Of a stretch of 64,000 nucleotides of DNA, positions 58,020 to 64,000 are shown piece by piece. The stretch covers positions 64,001-128,000 of the forward strand of contig CAXXWC010000003.1 of NCBI GenBank assembly GCA_963668645.2, given 5' to 3'. A program made the position numbers and the translations under genes. The notes beneath the pieces are model-generated. The model had not been told where the DNA came from, searched no databases, and worked only from the letters and a program-made list of their open reading frames with translations. Source of the stretch: Desulfobacterales bacterium (GTDB taxonomy: Bacteria; Desulfobacterota; Desulfobacteria; Desulfobacterales; UBA2174). Every line of letters begins with the position of its first letter. Position 1 is the stretch's first letter.

Positions 58020-59090
58020 TTACACCAGTGCGATGGCCTGTTCCGGGCAGATCTCCTGGCAGCAGAAACAGGCGATGCAAAGGTCCCGTGCCACCTGGGG
58101 CAGGTCGTCATCGAGGCTCAGGGCGCCCACCGGACAATGATCCACGCAGGTGCCGCAGCCCGTGCAGCGGTCCGCATCGGCCTTGGGCCGCACCTGGGTG
58201 CGACTGGCAAGCAGATCCTGCATGCCGGTGTTGCCGGCGATGGCTTCGCCGCCCAGGGGGGGCAGCTTGAAATCGGCAATCAGCGGCATAGTGCCGATCA
58301 CCTCGATGTCGCTCTGCCGGTAGCTGCCGAGCCCCTCGGCGGCGGCGCGTTCGAGAAAGGGCAGCAGGGACGGGTCGAGTCCCATCATGCGGGCCATCAC
58401 GGCGTCCATGGCCACGGCGTTGTCCGCTGCCAACAGACAGCCGATGGTTCTCAAGTCGGTGGATGCCGGGCCGTTGCCCTCCATACCGACCACCGCATCC
58501 ATGATGAAAAAGTCGGGCACCCGCAGCTTGAACACATCCAAAATGGTGTCGTGGAACGGCCGCGGCGCCCCGGCGGCCCGGTGGAGCATCGCCTTCTGGG
58601 CCCCGGGCAGGATCCCGTAGCTATTCTTGACCGCCCCGGTGATCACCGTCAAGCCGTGGGTCTTGAACTTGGGCAGGGAGATGACCGTTTCGGCCTCCAT
58701 CACGGCCCGCGAGACCCTCACCGAGCCATCGAAGCCCGAAGTTTTCAACGGGACCTGGATCGTTTCGGTTCCGATATTGCGGTAGTAGCCGCAGGCCGCC
58801 TCTTCCAGACCGGTGGCGGCGAATGCCGACTCGTTGGCCCCGTAACTGAAAAGTCCGGGGTTGTCTCCCACCATGATCTCGGCCGGATCACGGCGCTCGA
58901 CCTCGCGCACCACTGCCCGGAGCACCGCCGGGTGGGTGACCACGCCTGCGTCGGGGGCGGACGAGCGCAGCAGGTTGGGCTTGATCAGAACACGCCGGCC
59001 GGAAATGGCCGGATTGAATCGTTCGAAGGCGGCGGCCACCGCTTCGTGGCAGCTTTCGTAACTGGCCGGATGAATCAGGACCGGATGCAT
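58020..59090 (-). CDS. DUF362 domain protein with C-terminal 2x[4Fe-4S] ferredoxin domain
   Basis: VLIKPNL, THPAV, LPKFKTH, TGAVKN.YG, GMEGNGP; CTGCGTC...CP and CIACFCC...CP. Confidence 0.88.
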   Translation of the reverse strand: MHPVLIHPASYESCHEAVAAAFERFNPAISGRRVLIKPNLLRSSAPDAGVVTHPAVLRAVVREVERRDPAEIMVGDNPGLFSYGANESAFAATGLEEAACGYYRNIGTETIQVPLKTSGFDGSVRVSRAVMEAETVISLPKFKTHGLTVITGAVKNSYGILPGAQKAMLHRAAGAPRPFHDTILDVFKLRVPDFFIMDAVVGMEGNGPASTDLRTIGCLLAADNAVAMDAVMARMMGLDPSLLPFLERAAAEGLGSYRQSDIEVIGTMPLIADFKLPPLGGEAIAGNTGMQDLLASRTQVRPKADADRCTGCGTCVDHCPVGALSLDDDLPQVARDLCIACFCCQEICPEQAIALV

Positions 59091-59322
59091 ATTGTATTTT
59101 CCTCCGTCTTGTGGGGCCCTGGTCCTCGGGTGCCGGGACCGGGCGGTCAAATCCAATTTTCTGCCAACGGCAGCGCCGGCCGGTTGGCCGATTTACACCG
59201 TTGCATGACAGGATAGCGCCGTAGCGCATTCGGGGTCAAGATCGGTTGCGGTGCGCTTCGAATCTGGATAAGATCCTGCCATATCCCTCATCACGCCACT
59301 GCCAGTGACAACGGAGGATGCC

Positions 59323-59865
59323 ATGCGCGTAAATCTGGATGCCATAAAGGATAATGGGCTGAAAACCGAGTTTGAACTCGATCCGGCCCAAGACGAGGGA
59401 TTGAGAGCGGTGCAACAAAGCGGGGAGGTCCAATTCCTGGGGCCGATCCTGTCGCGCCTGGAACTGCGCCCGATAGCCGATACCATCGAAGTCCGCGGCC
59501 GTCTGAGCGCGCGGTTGCGGCTGACCTGCGCCCGCTGTCTGGCCAAATTCGAACAGGATCTGGACCGCGAACTGCACTGTACCTATGCCCCGCGCCCCCC
59601 GGAAAGACGCGATCCCAAGGCCGGGGATCTGGAGCTGAGCGCCGACGACGTGGGCCTGATCTTCTTCGATGGGCGCACCATCGACACGGCCGAGGCGGTG
59701 CGCGAAGAGGTCCTTTCCGCCATCCCCCTGCGTGCCCTGTGCCGCGAGGACTGCCGCGGGCTATGCCCGCACTGCGGCACGGATCTCAACACCGGCAATT
59801 GCACCTGCGCCCAAAAGGCGGCCGACCCGCGCCTTTCGGTCTTGACGCAGCTGACCGGGAAGTGA
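59323..59865 (+). CDS. yceD: DUF177 (YceD family) protein
   Basis: CARCL and LCREDCRGLCPHCG.DLN...C.C...DPRL motifs; RBS GGAGG. Confidence 0.88.
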   Translation: MRVNLDAIKDNGLKTEFELDPAQDEGLRAVQQSGEVQFLGPILSRLELRPIADTIEVRGRLSARLRLTCARCLAKFEQDLDRELHCTYAPRPPERRDPKAGDLELSADDVGLIFFDGRTIDTAEAVREEVLSAIPLRALCREDCRGLCPHCGTDLNTGNCTCAQKAADPRLSVLTQLTGK

Positions 59866-59968
59866 TGTCAAACGCGGGCATCGCGCCGGCCGCTCTTCAT
59901 GCCACGTTGGCCCGAGGCCTGTTGTCCGGCTGCGGCAATTGATACAGCGCGCAGCGCAAAACGAGCGG

Positions 59969-60376
59969 TCAGATGTGGCCGATAAACTCGCTTAGCAACT
60001 CGCTGAACTGTTTTAATTGCTCTGCAGAAAAGCCGGCGGTGCACTCCTTGACCAAATCAAGGTGGAAGGCTGAGTGCTGGGCGTAGTGCTCGAATCCTGC
60101 ATCGGTGAGGCGAATCACATAGGAACGCCGGTCCTCGGGATTGTGCACCCGCGCCACCAGCCCTTTTTTTTCCAGGTTGTCGACCATCACGGTGAGGGTC
60201 CCGGTGGTCACCCCCATCTTGGCCGCCAGGTCTTTCATCTTGATCAGGTTGTTGCCCCCCAGGATTTCGATGGTATGCATCTGCGGAAGGGTCAGGCCGC
60301 TTCCGGCGACAACCGACTGCTCCCAAGACGAGAGTTTCTCATAAAATTCGATGATCAGATCGGACAGGGCTTTCAT
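59969..60376 (-). CDS. MarR family transcriptional regulator
   Basis: MKDLAAKMGVTTGTLT.MVD.LEKKGLV.R...PEDRRS..I.LT winged HTH; start overlaps ATPase stop. Confidence 0.9.
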   Translation of the reverse strand: MKALSDLIIEFYEKLSSWEQSVVAGSGLTLPQMHTIEILGGNNLIKMKDLAAKMGVTTGTLTVMVDNLEKKGLVARVHNPEDRRSYVIRLTDAGFEHYAQHSAFHLDLVKECTAGFSAEQLKQFSELLSEFIGHI

Positions 60377-62268
60377 CCCTCCTCCTCGCCGTTTTCAGAA
60401 TCCCGGGTCAGTACGATGCAAAAGGACAACATGACAACCATGACCGAACCGATGTTGTGAACCACCGCGCCCATGATCGGCGAGAGCAGCCCCATGGCGC
60501 CCAAGCCGACGGCGATACCGTTGATCATAAAACTGAGCGCGATGTCAATCCGGATGATGCGCGTCATCCGCCGGCTCAAACGGACCAGAAAGGGAAGCAG
60601 CGCGATCTTGTCGTTCATCAACACGATATCGGCGGTATCCAGGGCGACTTGCGCCCCTCTGGAGCCCATGGCGATACCGACACCGGAACTCTTCAGGCAC
60701 GGCGCGTCATTGATCCCGTCGCCGGTAAAAACCACGCCTTCGAGAAGCTCCTTTTTGAGGATCTGCTGTTTTTCCTCCGGGGTCTTGCGAAAGTGGTATT
60801 CGGAGATCTGCAAAGCGGCAGCCACCTTTTCAACCGCCGCTTGGCAGTCTCCGGAAACGATGGCGATTTTTTCCGCGCCAAGGTCTCTCAGGCCATTGAT
60901 TGCCTGGGCCGCTTCGGGCCGGATACGGTCGAAAAAGTCGATCTGGCCTGCCAGCACCCCGCCCGCCGTCACCCGTACCGTGGTGTGGCCTCCGCTGCCG
61001 CCGGTTTCACCGGCGGAAACAAAAACGGCCTCCCCGTCCACTGTCCCGCCCACGCCCCGGCCGGCCACAACTGCGATATCCTCGGCCGCCATTGGTGCGG
61101 CTCCGATTTCAGCCCCTTTGGCGGCAATCGCCGCGGCGATGGGGTGGGTGCTGCCCCGCTCCACGGCCATGGCCAATTCGAGGACCCGTTCGTCCGTAGC
61201 CCCCGGCGCCGGGCGGATTGCCGTGACCACCGGCTTTCCGGCGGTAAGTGTGCCTGTTTTGTCAAAGTAAAAGGCCCGGGCCCGCGCCAGGGTTTCCAGG
61301 TGGATCCCCCCTTTGACCATGATTCCGGCTTTGGCGGCCCGCCCCACGGCGGCCACGGTGGAAACCGGCCCGGCCAGGAGAAAGGCGCAAGGGCAGCCCA
61401 CCACCAGCACCGCGATCGAACGGCCGACCTCGCCGCTGAAAAGATAGGTCATCACCGCGATGGTGAGGATCACCGGGGTGAACCAGGCGGCGTAGCGGTC
61501 GACGATGCGGGTGCTCCGGCCTCTGCTGTTTTCGGCCTCGGCCACCAGTTGGATGATCCTGCCGATAGTGGCGTCCTTTCCGGTTTTTTTAACCTCCAGG
61601 CGAAGATATCCGTCTATGTTGAGGGTGCCGGCGCTCAGATCATCCCCTTGGGTCCTGAAAACCGGAATCGGCTCTCCGGTGAGCACCGACTCGTCGATGG
61701 CGCCGCCGCCCTCGATAATGCTGCCGTCCACCGGTACGATCTCGCCGGCCTTGACCACCACCACATCGCCGACCTTGACGGCATCGATCTTGCGCAGGAT
61801 CTGCTGGCCGTCGGCCTCGACCAGAGCGGTTTGCGGGTTGACCGCCACCAGCCCGGCGATGGCCCCCCTGGCCCGGTCGCTGACCGCCTCTTCGATAAAG
61901 GCGCCAAGGACCATGATGAGGCTGATAAGGGCCGCCTCGAGAAGATTTCCGGTCAGCAGGCAGGCGACGATGGCGATGCTGACCAGTTCGTCCACGTTGA
62001 CCTTTTTTTCGACGATCCCCCGTATGGCGCCGGCGATGATGGGAAGACCGTTCAGCGCCACCGAGAACAACAGCAGCAGGCTCAGGGGGGTAGTCCCCTC
62101 GAAAAGAGCTCGCAGCGGCCCGGGAATGGAAACGGGCAGCCCGCCCCCATCGACCCCCACCAGCCAGTATCCGGCCGGGATCAGTGCTGCACCGACCAGA
62201 ATCCGAGCGAAATCCCGCGATTTGAATATCTCCGTGTAAACAGACAGATCTCTGAAGCGTCCAACCAT
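60373..62268 (-). CDS. Heavy-metal-translocating P1B-type ATPase
   Basis: TGE, CPC, DKTGTLT, HP, GDGINDAP, HN.GS motifs; no N-terminal CxxC metal-binding domain. Confidence 0.9.
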   Translation of the reverse strand: MVGRFRDLSVYTEIFKSRDFARILVGAALIPAGYWLVGVDGGGLPVSIPGPLRALFEGTTPLSLLLLFSVALNGLPIIAGAIRGIVEKKVNVDELVSIAIVACLLTGNLLEAALISLIMVLGAFIEEAVSDRARGAIAGLVAVNPQTALVEADGQQILRKIDAVKVGDVVVVKAGEIVPVDGSIIEGGGAIDESVLTGEPIPVFRTQGDDLSAGTLNIDGYLRLEVKKTGKDATIGRIIQLVAEAENSRGRSTRIVDRYAAWFTPVILTIAVMTYLFSGEVGRSIAVLVVGCPCAFLLAGPVSTVAAVGRAAKAGIMVKGGIHLETLARARAFYFDKTGTLTAGKPVVTAIRPAPGATDERVLELAMAVERGSTHPIAAAIAAKGAEIGAAPMAAEDIAVVAGRGVGGTVDGEAVFVSAGETGGSGGHTTVRVTAGGVLAGQIDFFDRIRPEAAQAINGLRDLGAEKIAIVSGDCQAAVEKVAAALQISEYHFRKTPEEKQQILKKELLEGVVFTGDGINDAPCLKSSGVGIAMGSRGAQVALDTADIVLMNDKIALLPFLVRLSRRMTRIIRIDIALSFMINGIAVGLGAMGLLSPIMGAVVHNIGSVMVVMLSFCIVLTRDSENGEEEG

Positions 62269-62294
62269 TCCCCTCTCTCCTTGCCGGCAATTGT

Positions 62295-62349
62295 TTTGAG
62301 TTTCGTTTATTTTGAGACTCAAATTATCCAGACACCAAACATCTGTCAA
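62295..62349 (-). promoter_or_regulatory. Promoter with putative MarR operator array
   Basis: TTGACA-17-TAATTT on the minus strand; palindrome TTTGAGACTCAAA (62311-62323) flanked by degenerate copies at 62295 and 62327 (16-bp period). Confidence 0.55.
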
Positions 62350-62533
62350 CCATTTTTTCACCACGGCTCAATTCCCACACGCCGAATCCCGGCCAGGCTT
62401 CCGTTTCCGGTCCTGCGTTGATTTTGGCAAAAGTTTTGCGCAACCGCTGCCGGGAAGGTGGACTGCTTGAGTTTCGACTCCAGGTCATATACAAGATAGC
62501 TTTCGCAAACGTTCCGATACGGAGTCCGAAATC

Positions 62534-64000
62534 ATGATCACCCTGCTTGACTACGGCGCTGGCAATGTCCGCAGCGTCATCAACGCCATCGAAAATCTCG
62601 GCCACAAGGTGCGTCTGGTGCGCACCGGCCAGGACCTTCTGGAAGCCGAAAAACTCGTTTTCCCCGGGGTGGGCGCCTTTGGCAGCATGATGGAAATCCT
62701 CCACCAGCGTAATCTGGTGGAACCTTTGAAGCGGTATCTGGCCGCCGACCGTCCGTTTCTCGGGATCTGCCTCGGCATGCAGGCCCTGTTCGCCGGCAGT
62801 GAGGAAGCCCCCGGCGTTCCCGGGCTGGGCCTGCTGCCCGGCCGCGTGAAACGCTTCACCGTCGATCTGGCCGTACCCCACATCGGCTGGAACGGGGTTC
62901 GCGCCCGCCAGGCATCCAGGATCTTTGCCGGGCTTGAGGGAGACGAAAAATTCTACTTTGTCCACTCCTATCACCTGGAGGCCGACGAATCGGTGGTGCT
63001 GACGGTCACGGATTACGGCTATCCGTTTGTCAGCGCCGTGCAGCGCGGCAACATCATAGGCACTCAGTTCCACCGGAAAAAAGCGGTGCCGCCGGGGCCC
63101 GGCTCCTGGCCAACTTTCTGGAAAACGACCGGCCCGCTGCGCTGCCGGCCCGCATTCCCCAACGGACCTGCCTGGCCAAACGCATCATCGCCTGCCTGGA
63201 TGTACGCGCCAACGACCAGGGCGACCTGGTGGTGACCAAAGGGGACCAGTACGACGTGCGCCAAGACGGGGCGGTGCGCAATCTGGGCCGACCGGTGGAT
63301 CTGGCCCGGCGCTACTATGAAGAGGGGGCCGATGAGATCACCTTCCTGAACATCACCGGATTTCGCGACTTTCCCCTTCAGGACATGCCGATGATCGAGG
63401 TGCTGCGCCAGACCTCGCGCAACGTCTTCGTGCCTTTGACCATCGGCGGCGGGATCCGCGACTTTACCGACCGTGAAGGCAGGCACTACTCCGCCCTGCA
63501 GGTGGCCGGCGAGTATTTTCGCTCCGGGGCCGACAAGGTTTCCATCGGTTCGGATGCCGTGGCTGTCGTTGAGGATTTTCTCGCCGCAGGAAAGGCCACG
63601 GGGAAAAGCGCCATCGAGACCATCGCGCGGGTTTACGGCAACCAGGCGGTGGTGATCTCCATCGATCCGCGGCGGGTCTATGTCGATTCTGCCGGGAACA
63701 TGCCTCACCACGTGATCGAAACGGAGATTGCCGGACCGGCCGGCGAACGTTTCTGCTGGTTTCAGTGCACCGTGCGCGGCGGGCGCGAGGGCCGGCCGGT
63801 GGATGCTGTCACCCTGGCCCGGGTCTGTGAAGAGTTGGGCGCCGGTGAGATTCTGCTCAACAGCATCGACCGTGACGGGACCAAGAGCGGCTTCGACCTC
63901 GAGCTGATCCGGGCCGTCAAGGCGGCCGTCACCATCCCGGTGATCGCCTCCTCGGGAGCCGGATCGACGGCGCACTTCGAAGAGGTCTTTACCCGTACGC
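62534..64000 (+). CDS. hisHF: Bifunctional imidazole glycerol phosphate synthase HisH-HisF fusion, frameshifted, truncated by window edge
   Basis: [26 protein letters not shown]. Adding one C at 63073-63074 restores QFHPEKSG and reads on into [28 protein letters not shown]...[12 protein letters not shown]. Confidence 0.9.

Noticed and set aside
63076..63235. C-terminal extension of a stand-alone 233-aa HisH
   Set aside because: Artefact of the frameshift; the alternative frame carries EKSG and the HisF domain.

Overview
GC-rich bacterial chromosomal segment. Gene content (fused HisHF, class II RNR, sigma-54 enhancer-binding protein, CoA-transferase/GNAT fusion, DUF362) points by inference to an anaerobic deltaproteobacterium (Desulfobacterales-like). 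In order: (1) 1-5.8 kb, minus-strand envelope cluster (two TPR/CsgG-like lipoproteins, FlgT-N protein, PD40/TolB-like lipoprotein with CxxCH, FxLYD-like protein, truncated signal-peptide-bearing AmrB/MEMO1 missed by the ORF track); (2) nrdJ with tandem NrdR boxes, followed by a CoA-transferase-GNAT fusion and a ferritin-like gene; (3) housekeeping genes (GNAT-M20-URO-D-like operon, frameshifted hrpB, mscS, HtrA-like protease, bcp, mgtE preceded by an unannotated proline-rich leader ORF); (4) a 25-37 kb module with a sigma-54 promoter and three 21-bp-phased enhancer-like sites upstream of porin, amidohydrolase and Na+/glutamate-type symporter genes, then two hybrid kinases sharing a near-identical 1.2-kb transmitter half around a sigma-54 regulator, then an MBL lactonase-family gene; (5) a ~19-kb two-partner secretion locus: 5117-aa repeat-built TpsA, triple-FecR protein and TpsB; (6) CMD, DUF362, orphan YceD, MarR plus P1B-ATPase, and frameshifted HisHF running off the window. 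I saw no rRNA, tRNA, CRISPR array, transposase or integrase. Several single-base indels suggest residual sequencing error. All family assignments come from motif recognition, not database searches.
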